Positions 28,720-37,082 of a stretch of DNA of 64,000 nt are shown piece after piece (positions within the stretch are counted from its first letter, which is position 1; every line of letters begins with the position of its first letter). Both the position numbers and the translations under genes were made by a program. The stretch comes from Candidatus Latescibacterota bacterium. GTDB taxonomy: Bacteria > Latescibacterota > UBA2968 > GCA-2709665. The stretch lies in the NCBI GenBank assembly GCA_963667175.2, contig CAXXXF010000002.1:128001-192000 (forward strand). Direction: 5' to 3'. The notes beneath the pieces were generated by a model. The model was not told the origin of the DNA, ran no database searches, and worked only from the letters and a program-made list of their open reading frames with translations.

Positions 28720-29910
28720 ATGGATGAAATTCGCATCGGGATCGCGGGCCTCGGAAACAGGGGGCTGCACTGGATCCGGCTATTGCAGAACATCCCCGGC
28801 TACCGGATCGCAGCGGTCTACGATTGGATCGAACCGCTTCAGGATCGGGCCCTCTCCGAGATTTCCTACCGGGACGAGGCACCCGCGTTCAGCGACTACG
28901 AAGCGTTCCTGGCCTATGATCGGATGGACGCCGTGGGCCTTGTGGTACGGCAGCCTGAGGTGGGGCGGATGGCTGCGGAGGCGCTGGAAGCGGGCAAGCA
29001 CGTGAACAGTGAGGTGCCGGGCGCGTACAGGATGGAGGAATGCTGGCGAATCGTAACCAACGTGGAGCGCACGGGTCTGGTCTACAGCCTGGCGGAGCAG
29101 ACGCGGTTCTGGGGCTTCGTGGACGGTTGGAAGCGCCTGGTTGACGACGGCAGATTGGGCAAAATCACGTACGCCGAGGGTCAGTACGTCGGGTACTACG
29201 GCACGCGCCAGTTTTTTCAGGACTACGCGACCGGCAGGCAATATTCGATTGAGGAACTGTCCGATCATCCCGAAGCCCGGCCGACGTTTCCCCACGAAAC
29301 GCCGCCCATTATCGCCGCCTCGTACGATCTGAGCATCCTGCTGAAGATCCTGGAGGACCGGGTGTCCGAAGTGACGGCGATGAGCACGAGGCGGCCGAGC
29401 TACGCGCATCCGCAAATCGGAAAGCCCGACGTGCAGGTGGCGCTGATGAAGACCGAAAAGGATACGCTGATTCGCATGCTGGACGGCCACACGCAGCCGC
29501 GGCCGCACGGAGACCACCACTGGTGGCAGCTGATAGGCACGAAGGGAAGCCTGGAGTGGCGCCGGTCGCGCAGCGAAATGCCGAAAGTGTGGTTCTCGGA
29601 CGCGCAGATGAACGACTGGTCGGAAGTGGACTGGCGTTACGAACGCACGGATGCGGCTCCCGAGGCGCGCGGCAGCGGCCACGGCGACGCGGACTCCTAC
29701 GTGCATATGCACTTTCGCGACGCAGTCCTCGACGAGAGACCGCTGGACTTCGACGTGTACAGGGCCATGGATACGGTTGCCGCGGCTGTACGGGCGATCG
29801 ACTCGATACAGGAGGAGAGCCGGTTGATGCGGGTTCCCGATTTTCGCCCGAACCGGGACCGCGCAGCGGGGCAGTTTCCGGCGGACCCGGGCGGCGTGGG
29901 GTTGCGCTGA
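28720..29910 (+). CDS. Gfo/Idh/MocA-family NAD-dependent oxidoreductase (GH109-like), copy 1
   Basis: IRIGIAGLGNRG Rossmann motif, AGKHVNSEVP, ECWRIV, YAEGQY and GSGHGDAD. Confidence 0.88.
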   Translation: MDEIRIGIAGLGNRGLHWIRLLQNIPGYRIAAVYDWIEPLQDRALSEISYRDEAPAFSDYEAFLAYDRMDAVGLVVRQPEVGRMAAEALEAGKHVNSEVPGAYRMEECWRIVTNVERTGLVYSLAEQTRFWGFVDGWKRLVDDGRLGKITYAEGQYVGYYGTRQFFQDYATGRQYSIEELSDHPEARPTFPHETPPIIAASYDLSILLKILEDRVSEVTAMSTRRPSYAHPQIGKPDVQVALMKTEKDTLIRMLDGHTQPRPHGDHHWWQLIGTKGSLEWRRSRSEMPKVWFSDAQMNDWSEVDWRYERTDAAPEARGSGHGDADSYVHMHFRDAVLDERPLDFDVYRAMDTVAAAVRAIDSIQEESRLMRVPDFRPNRDRAAGQFPADPGGVGLR

Positions 29911-29931
29911 GCGTGATTGGACGGGGGATCC

Positions 29932-31935
29932 ATGGCGGAAGGCGGCACGGCAGCAGCGCGGAGACAGCACCCGGTGCGCCAGGGAGTAACGACTCGCGCC
30001 GTCGGTTTCGGGCTCGGGCTGTCCGTCGCCGTCAATCTGCTCGCCAATACGATGCGGTACGTCCAGCACGGGTCGTATATGGCCATCAGCCTGATCCCCA
30101 TGGGCGACCTGCTGCTCTTTCTGCTGTCGTTGCTCATTTGTGCCGCGCTTGCACGCCGGTTCGGCCGGCGTTTCACGTTGGCGCCTGCGGAATGGATCAC
30201 GGTTTTCGGCATGGCGCTCATCAGCGCCATGGGCCCCACCTACGGTATCAGCGGATATCTGGTCAGCCAGATGGTGGCGCCCTACTACTTCGCCACGCCC
30301 GAGAACCGGTGGTCGGAGTATTTGCACCCGCATCTTCCCGGCTGGCTGATCTCAACGGACGAACGGCAGTCCATCACCATGTTTTTCGAAGGGCTTCCGG
30401 CCGGGGCGTCCATTCCCTGGCACGACTGGTGGGGGCCGCTGTTGTGGTGGTTCGGCTTCATCTCCGTTCTCGGGTTCGCCTGTGTCTGCGTGTCGGTGAT
30501 TCTTCACCGCCAGTGGGCGGACCACGAAAAACTGGTGTACCCCGCGCTGACACCGGTCCTGGAGATGGCGAACCGGAGCGGGTCCGGGGCGCGGGCCCTT
30601 CCGGAGTTCATGAAAGGAAGGGCGTTCTGGGCGGGCTTCGGGTTGACGTCGGGGGTATTCTGGCTGAATATGGCACATTGGTTCTATCCGGCATTTCCCA
30701 GGGTGATGAACACCCGCATGAGCTACGTGTGGGACCTCCTGCCCAAACAGTATCCCCCGTTCTGCGTCTATCTGAGCATATTCGTCATTTGCTTTTCCTA
30801 TTTCGCCAACCTGGAAGTCCTCTTCAGCATCTGGTTCTTCGATATCCTCTATATGATCGAAGCCGGGATTCTGAACAGACTGGGCGTGGTGGCGACGTCA
30901 CCGCACTACGGGTCCGGTCCGTACAACCTGACGAGCTACAAGTTCCAGACGGCCGGCGCCTTCGCGGCGCTGGTCGTCTGGTGGCTTTGGATTTCCAGGG
31001 GGCACCTTCGGGAGGTCTTCCGGAAGGCGATCCGCCCGTCCGGTTCCGCGCTGGATGACAGCAGGGAGTGGATATCCTATCGTGCGGCCGTAATCGGGCT
31101 GGTCGGCTGCTGCGTGTACATCGTGGCGTGGCTCGCGCAGATCGGCATCGAGCCGGGTATGATCCTGGTATTGACGCCGGCCATGTTCATCGTCTACATC
31201 GGCGTGGCGAAAGTGGTTGCCGACTCGGGGCTGGTCTACGTGGATCCGCCGGCGGTGGCCTGGGACTACGCGCTGTTCGGGCTGGGCGGAGCGCACAGGC
31301 TGAACCCGTCCACGAACGCCGCCTCCAGCCTGCTGCCGTTCACGGTCAACCACCCCAGGAGTTTCGCGCTGCCGGTGATCGCGCAGGTGAACCGCCTGGG
31401 GGATTTCATCCCCGAAGGCAAGCGGCGCTTTTTCTGGGGGGTCTTCGGGGCGTTCATAGTCGGCACGGTGGTTTCCACGCTCCAAACGGTCTGGATGGCC
31501 TACACCATGGGGGGATACAATTTCCAGCCGAACTGGCTGATCCTTCACGAAGGTGAATGGAACTACGGCCTTGCGGTGGATGCCCTGCGCAACCCCCGGC
31601 CCATCCTGGCCGTGGAATACTGGCTGTTCCTGGCGGGCGTGGTCGTGATGACGACCCTGAACCTGATGCGGTACCGGATGCCCCGGTGGCGGCTGCATCC
31701 GATCGGGTTCGCATTGTCGGGGACGATATTCGCCAGGCTGGAAAGCCTCACGCTCCTGGTCGCGTGGCTGATCAAGTTCCTAATGCTCAGGATCGGCGGC
31801 ACGGCATTCTACCGGCGATCGCTGCCCTTTTTTATCGGGATCCTCACGGCATATATCGTCGCGGTGATTGCGGGCGCGGTCGTGGACGCCATCTGGTTCC
31901 CGCGTTCGGGGCACCGGGTACACAGTTGGCATTGA
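29932..31935 (+). CDS. DUF6785/DUF6784-family multi-pass membrane protein (putative transporter), copy 1
   Basis: PYYFATPENRW, HRQWADHEKLVYP and C-terminal WRLHPIGF...PFFIG; many TM helices. Confidence 0.8.
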   Translation: MAEGGTAAARRQHPVRQGVTTRAVGFGLGLSVAVNLLANTMRYVQHGSYMAISLIPMGDLLLFLLSLLICAALARRFGRRFTLAPAEWITVFGMALISAMGPTYGISGYLVSQMVAPYYFATPENRWSEYLHPHLPGWLISTDERQSITMFFEGLPAGASIPWHDWWGPLLWWFGFISVLGFACVCVSVILHRQWADHEKLVYPALTPVLEMANRSGSGARALPEFMKGRAFWAGFGLTSGVFWLNMAHWFYPAFPRVMNTRMSYVWDLLPKQYPPFCVYLSIFVICFSYFANLEVLFSIWFFDILYMIEAGILNRLGVVATSPHYGSGPYNLTSYKFQTAGAFAALVVWWLWISRGHLREVFRKAIRPSGSALDDSREWISYRAAVIGLVGCCVYIVAWLAQIGIEPGMILVLTPAMFIVYIGVAKVVADSGLVYVDPPAVAWDYALFGLGGAHRLNPSTNAASSLLPFTVNHPRSFALPVIAQVNRLGDFIPEGKRRFFWGVFGAFIVGTVVSTLQTVWMAYTMGGYNFQPNWLILHEGEWNYGLAVDALRNPRPILAVEYWLFLAGVVVMTTLNLMRYRMPRWRLHPIGFALSGTIFARLESLTLLVAWLIKFLMLRIGGTAFYRRSLPFFIGILTAYIVAVIAGAVVDAIWFPRSGHRVHSWH

Positions 31936-31949
31936 AGATCTGAAAAGCG

Positions 31950-32540
31950 GCGATCAGCGATTAGCTGTCAGCTCTCAGCCATCAGCTACATCCAGTTCGC
32001 GCAGAGCAAAACGACATTCAACTCACACGAAGACACAAAGACGCAAAGAAAGACAAACCAGCAACAAGCAGTCAGCCATCAGCAGTCAGCTTGAAGCAAA
32101 GACAAGAAGCGAAAGGCAAAACCGGCGTCGGCGGCAGACTACGCCAAAAACGATCAACTCACACGAAGACACAAAGGCACAAAGAGAAACAAACAAGAAG
32201 CGGGCAACCACAAGGGTTGCCCCAACGAAACAAACTGGACGCGGGGACGAAGGTCCCGCGCTTTAAAGGTAATACATGGCTTTCGTACGGAACGTCGCAA
32301 AACCCTATCGAGCGTACGGTGGTGCGGCTGGGGGTTTTTCCGTGCTATTCCGTCCGGCAACATCGCTTGGGATGGCCTAATCCGGTCACAGGGCAGCCAA
32401 TTTCCATTTACGCCTGTGAGTTGGTTCACGGAAAAACCGGCCCCGCGCCGAGCGGCCTGCCTGCAGCGCAGTACGCTGCGCAGGCAGGCGCCCTTCTTTT
32501 TCGCCCTTTTTCTTGGGCGCAGCAAGAAAAAGGGCAAGGA
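31950..32540. repeat. Non-coding mosaic of short repeats and palindromes
   Basis: 7-mer arrays GCnnTCA at 31950-31986 and 32061-32090; identical 23-bp TCAACTCACACGAAGACACAAAG at 32018 and 32154; hairpins GGGCAACCACAAGGGTTGCCC, GCCTGCCTGC..GCAGGCAGGC and GCCCTTTTTCTTG..CAAGAAAAAGGGC. Confidence 0.8.
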
Positions 32541-32678
32541 AGAAAGGAAGTTGATTTATGACGTGAAGCCTGTCTCTTGCAGGTAAGCAATTCATGAGTG
32601 GGTTTTCCGTTTTTGGGGTCTTCAAATTGGCCACTTGTATAGACTGTTGTGAGATGGCTAAAGGAAGGGAGCGGTATT

Positions 32679-33611
32679 ATGGCTGAGTCTGTCTTAGGTG
32701 CTCTTAAGGAAGGGTTCTTGCTCGCCGACGGCGGAAACGTGGAGGAGCTGACGCTGCGGGGATACGCTGCGCCGTGGGCGCTCGAGGACTTCCCGGACGC
32801 GGTGCGGTTGGCGCACCAGGATTTCTTCCGGGCGGGCGCCGGCGTGATCAGAGCCCTCACGGGTAGGTGCACCAGATCCGGACTTGGCGAACGGGGAACA
32901 GGCGGCGCGGGCAGTCCGGTAGATACGTTGAACCGGCGGGCCGTAGCCCTGGCGAAACGCGCCGCCGAAGGGGAGGCGCTGGTGGCGGGGACCCTGGCCC
33001 CTACGGAGACATTTCAGGCCGGCGACGGATCGGCGGACCGCGCCCGGGCGGAGTGGGAGGAGCAGGTCGGGATATTGGCAGACGCGGGCGTGGATCTGCT
33101 CGTCTGTGAGTCTTTCGGTCGACTTGACGAGGCGCGCCTCGCGCTGGCGTGCTGCAGGAAGACCGCGCTTCCGGTGGTGGTTTCCATCGACGTCGCGTTG
33201 CCGGAAGGTCGGCTGAACAAGCCTCTGCTGCGAGACGACGAAGGTACCGCCGACGGTGTCGGGCCGGCCGAGTGCGCGCGTACTCTGGCAGGCGACGGCG
33301 CCGACGTCGTGGGCGGCGGCGGGGTTCGGGAACCGGAGGACCTGTGGCCGGTGGTGCTGGAAATGCGGGAGGCCGTGGACGCGCCGATCGGCTTCCTGCC
33401 GAATGGGTACCGCACGTGCCGGTCGCACTGGAGGGACACGCGGGAGGCCATGCACGTCTACGGGATGGAGCTGGGTCAGTACGCGCTAAAGGCGATTGCG
33501 CACGATATCCGATTTCTGGGCGGGTCCGACGGGGTGGTCGTGCGACTCCTCCGTTCGATGGCTCAGGCATTGGACTGCGAGCGGAAGCACATCGAACTCC
33601 GGCCGCGATAG
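32679..33611 (+). CDS. Homocysteine S-methyltransferase-like protein lacking the Zn-binding cysteines
   Basis: LLADGG, HQDFFRAGA, LVAGTL and GVDLLVCESF are conserved, but the Cys positions read VVGGGGV and FLGGSDG. Confidence 0.8.
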   Translation: MAESVLGALKEGFLLADGGNVEELTLRGYAAPWALEDFPDAVRLAHQDFFRAGAGVIRALTGRCTRSGLGERGTGGAGSPVDTLNRRAVALAKRAAEGEALVAGTLAPTETFQAGDGSADRARAEWEEQVGILADAGVDLLVCESFGRLDEARLALACCRKTALPVVVSIDVALPEGRLNKPLLRDDEGTADGVGPAECARTLAGDGADVVGGGGVREPEDLWPVVLEMREAVDAPIGFLPNGYRTCRSHWRDTREAMHVYGMELGQYALKAIAHDIRFLGGSDGVVVRLLRSMAQALDCERKHIELRPR

Positions 33612-33693
33612 GGGGCAACGAGGGAAGGTCGCCGACGGCATCCGCCGCTCCGGCGACCGGGGATTGGGATGACTCTTGCAGAGGAGAACCAGG

Positions 33694-34611
33694 ATGGGCA
33701 TGGACATACTGAAGATGCTGGAAGAGGGCGTTGTTCTGAGCGATGGGGGGATGATCATCGAGGCCAGGTGGCGGGGGTACGATACGCCCGCGATGATCCT
33801 GGAAGATCCGGACGCGCTGCGTCAGATCCATCAGGATTTCTACAGGGCCGGTTCCCACGTGCTCCAGGCGCAGACCTGGTGGACCAGCCGGTCGCAACTG
33901 GAACGCCGCGACATATCGGGTGACGGGGTCGGCGGGGAGGCGGCCCGGCTCGAGGAGATTTCCCGCACGGCGATCCGTTTGGCCAGGGAGGCTTCCGGCG
34001 ACGAAGCCCTGGTCGCCGGGTGCCTGAACCAGACGGCCGCGGGCTCGTGGACGGGGCCGTATATTTATCAGCCCGATAATGCACGGGCGCGCGAGCGGGC
34101 GTGCGCGGAGTGGGACGAACACATTTCGTGGATGGTGGACGCGGGCGCCGGACTTCTGGTGCCGGAAACGTTCGCCCGCCTCGACGAGGCCCGGCTCTGC
34201 CTGTCGCGCTGCAAGAAAACCGACGTTCCCGCGATGGTGCTGATGGGCTCGAGCGGCCGGACGCACGACGGCGCCACGCCCGCGGAGTGCGCGAAGGTCC
34301 TGGCGGACGAAGGCGCGGATATCGTGGGCCTGGTCTGCTCCGGCGACTCGATGACCATGTGGCCGGGGGTCCTGGCGATGCGGGAGGCGGTGGATATCCC
34401 CATCGCCTATCAGCCGCAGGGCTATCGGAACGCCGGTCCCAACAATTCGGTGATCCGCGAGTCGATGATCGTATCGGGCCGCGAGATGGCCCAATACGCG
34501 CTGAAGGCGAAGGCCGAGGGGATCAACTTCATCGGCGCGTGCTGCGGCGCGGGGCCGTCTCACATCCGGGCGATTGCGCAGGCGCTGGGCTGCGAGCGCC
34601 ATCCGGTGTGA
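33694..34611 (+). CDS. Homocysteine S-methyltransferase family protein
   Basis: VVLSDGGM, HQDFYRAGSHVLQAQT, IVGLVC and FIGACCGAGPSHIRA. GAGGAG RBS. Confidence 0.9.
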   Translation: MGMDILKMLEEGVVLSDGGMIIEARWRGYDTPAMILEDPDALRQIHQDFYRAGSHVLQAQTWWTSRSQLERRDISGDGVGGEAARLEEISRTAIRLAREASGDEALVAGCLNQTAAGSWTGPYIYQPDNARARERACAEWDEHISWMVDAGAGLLVPETFARLDEARLCLSRCKKTDVPAMVLMGSSGRTHDGATPAECAKVLADEGADIVGLVCSGDSMTMWPGVLAMREAVDIPIAYQPQGYRNAGPNNSVIRESMIVSGREMAQYALKAKAEGINFIGACCGAGPSHIRAIAQALGCERHPV

Positions 34612-34676
34612 ACCCAAGCGATTGTTACGTAGGCGCTGCGCTTCGCCCGGAGGCGATGATTGCTTGACGCGTGCTC

Positions 34677-35603
34677 CTATTCGGCAAACTCGTAGACGAG
34701 CGCGTCGGCCGGGCCATCTTTGAGTTGCAGGACAATAACTCCCGAATCCTGCTGATACGCTTTCTGGTAAAGCGCCTTGATTGGCGCCAGGCTGAAGAAG
34801 TAGCCTTCAGTGACCCATCTCTGGCATGGGTCGTCGTTGGCATTGTGGGCGAGCGCGACGTTAAGCTGCACAGGGTCTGACTCCATGAATGCCCCGGCTG
34901 CCACCAACGTGAATTGGTGATCTCTACATCCACCGCCGTACGATACCGTAACGGAGAGCGTATCGCCCGCTATCTTGGCGGCGTTCAACTCAAAAGCGTC
35001 CTTGCCCCACCTGTCGGTCGCATCCGTGTCGTTGTCGCTGATGACCGTGTCGCCCCGACGTTTCGGTTCCTCAGGCGCGTCGTCGTCAGCCGGCGTGGAT
35101 GCGCTCACCCTTGCCTTTTCACCGACGGGCAAATCGACCGTCAATTCATACCCACCATTAATTGGAATGCTCGACCAGGTACCCAGCAGACGACCGTCCC
35201 GCCGCGCGCGCGCGCGGTAGTAGCCGCTCACGTCGTCCGCGCGAATCTCCACGCGGGCTTCACCCTGTTCGTCGGTTGTGCCCGACCACTCGTAAATGGC
35301 CGCCCGACCCGAAATGGAACGCGAGAACGCCACCGTGACGTCACGGAGCGGCGTCTGGCCTTGCCGCAATACGGCAACCACCACGGCGCGTGCGAGGTCC
35401 TCGTTCACGGCAACCACGGCCTCCCCAGGGTCGTTATCCGCGGCTGATTTATTCAGAGGGCTACCAATCTGTCCGTTCGCCCCTGCAGCGTTCGGCTCGC
35501 CGGTGTCCGTACTTCCCGACGTCATCACACGATCACCGCCGCAAGTCCACGAAAGACCCGCGGCGAGCGTCAACGCAAATACACTGAAGATGCGTCCGGT
35601 CAT
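34677..35603 (-). CDS. Hypothetical lipoprotein (Ig/transthyretin-like N-domain, NigD-like C-domain)
   Basis: AAGGAG RBS before 35603; signal peptide ending SWT-C-GG; C-terminal VSYGGGC..HQFTLV...LAHNANDDPC. Confidence 0.65.
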   Translation of the reverse strand: MTGRIFSVFALTLAAGLSWTCGGDRVMTSGSTDTGEPNAAGANGQIGSPLNKSAADNDPGEAVVAVNEDLARAVVVAVLRQGQTPLRDVTVAFSRSISGRAAIYEWSGTTDEQGEARVEIRADDVSGYYRARARRDGRLLGTWSSIPINGGYELTVDLPVGEKARVSASTPADDDAPEEPKRRGDTVISDNDTDATDRWGKDAFELNAAKIAGDTLSVTVSYGGGCRDHQFTLVAAGAFMESDPVQLNVALAHNANDDPCQRWVTEGYFFSLAPIKALYQKAYQQDSGVIVLQLKDGPADALVYEFAE

Positions 35604-35861
35604 CGAAATCCTCCTTGTTGCTTCGGAAGTGGTGGCCGAACGGTACTTTTCTGAACCCAACTGCTCTTTGCCGATCGGCGGCGAAGGCGAAAAAGACACT
35701 GTCGCATCGTCTGCTGTAACGGTTAAATTGCGCGAAAGTTCCGATTTTGTTTTTCCCCGGAGCATCGTGAAGCCGAAATTGGGGTCGACCGTCTCGTGTC
35801 GGCGACGGCCCTCGTTGCGCGGAGCGTTGCGCTCCATCACGTCGAAACAACGGAGGAATTC

Positions 35862-37082
35862 ATGGACGAGATCAGAATCGGCATTGCCGGGCTGGGTCAC
35901 CGCGGGCTGCACTGGATCCGGCTGCTGCAGAAGGCGCCGGGCTACCGGATTACGGCCATCTACGACTGGATCGAGCCGCTCCAGGAGCGGGCCCTGGCGG
36001 AGATCGAGTACCGCGGCGACGTGAAGGTGTTCGGCAACTACTACGATTTCCTGTCGTACGACGGGATGGACGCGGTGGGGCTGGTGGTGAGGCAAATGGA
36101 GCAGGGGACCATGGCCGCGGAGGCCATGGAGGCCGGGAAGCACGTCAACTGCGAGGTGCCCGGGGCCCATACGATGGAGGAGTGCTGGCGCATCGTCACG
36201 AACGTGGAACGCACCGGACTGGTCTACAGCCTTGCGGAGCAGACGCGGTTCTGGGGGTTCGTGGACGGATGGAAGAAGCTGGTCGACGACGGGATGCTGG
36301 GGAAGATCACCTACGCTGAGGGTCAGTATCTGGGCTATTACGGCACCCATCAGTGGTTTCAGGATTTCAGGACCGGCAAGCAGTACCCCGTCGATGCCCT
36401 TCCCGACCATCCGGAGGCCGAACCCGCGAATCCGCAGTATTTGCCTTACATCATCTCCGCCTCGTACGACCTGAGTATCCTGCTGAAGATTCTGGACGAC
36501 CGCGTCGTCGAGGTCACGGGCATGAGTACCAAACCGCCGAGTTATACGACGCCGGAGATGCTCAACGCCGATATTCAGGTGGCGCTGATGAAAACGGAAA
36601 AAGATACGCTGATCCGGATGCTGAACGGATTCAATCAGCCCAGGCCGCACGGAGACCACCACTGGTGGCAGATGATCGGGACGAAGGGCAGCGTGGAGTG
36701 GCGGAGGTCCGGAAAGGAGAAGCCGAAATTGTGGCTGGCGGATACGCAGATGAACGACTGGACGGAGGTCGACTGGCAGTACCGTCGGACAGACGCGCCG
36801 CCGGAGGCGCGGGGGAGCGGACACGGCGATGCGGACTATTATGTGCATATGTATTTCCGCGACGCGATCCTGAAGGGCGAGCCACTGACGTACGACGTGT
36901 ACCGGGTGATGGACTCGATGGCGCCGGCGGTGCTGGCCGTGGATTCGATCGAAGATGGCAGCAGGGTCGTGAGGGTGCCGGACTTCCGGCCCGGCGCGGA
37001 CCGCCCTTCGGGACAAATGCCGGCGGACCTGGGTGGGATCGGCGGCCGCATCCACGTGACAAAGATGCCCGGGAGGCGGTGA
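35862..37082 (+). CDS. Gfo/Idh/MocA-family NAD-dependent oxidoreductase (GH109-like), copy 2
   Basis: Close paralogue of 28720..29910, with identical blocks such as ECWRIVTNVERTGLVYSLAEQTRFWGFVDGWK. GGAGG RBS. Confidence 0.88.
   Translation: MDEIRIGIAGLGHRGLHWIRLLQKAPGYRITAIYDWIEPLQERALAEIEYRGDVKVFGNYYDFLSYDGMDAVGLVVRQMEQGTMAAEAMEAGKHVNCEVPGAHTMEECWRIVTNVERTGLVYSLAEQTRFWGFVDGWKKLVDDGMLGKITYAEGQYLGYYGTHQWFQDFRTGKQYPVDALPDHPEAEPANPQYLPYIISASYDLSILLKILDDRVVEVTGMSTKPPSYTTPEMLNADIQVALMKTEKDTLIRMLNGFNQPRPHGDHHWWQMIGTKGSVEWRRSGKEKPKLWLADTQMNDWTEVDWQYRRTDAPPEARGSGHGDADYYVHMYFRDAILKGEPLTYDVYRVMDSMAPAVLAVDSIEDGSRVVRVPDFRPGADRPSGQMPADLGGIGGRIHVTKMPGRR

Noticed and set aside
31950-32230. Possible CRISPR array
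   Set aside because: Only two 23-bp copies 136 bp apart, made of internal 8-mers; no regular spacers and no cas genes.
32530-32678. SAM or cobalamin riboswitch upstream of the methyltransferase genes (also checked the TBDR leader)
   Set aside because: I could not find the conserved cores (e.g. ATC.AGAG...GAGGGA or the B12 box) by eye; an Rfam cmscan would be decisive.
31868-32872. Short ORFs across the repeat-rich spacer (31868..32266, 32091..32561, 32154..32537, 32426..32872)
   Set aside because: Translations of low-complexity repeats and palindromes with atypical codon usage.
35604-37055. Apparent N-terminal extension making a 792-aa minus ORF (34677..37055)
   Set aside because: The extension is antisense to the Gfo/Idh/MocA gene; the real start with RBS and signal peptide is 35603.
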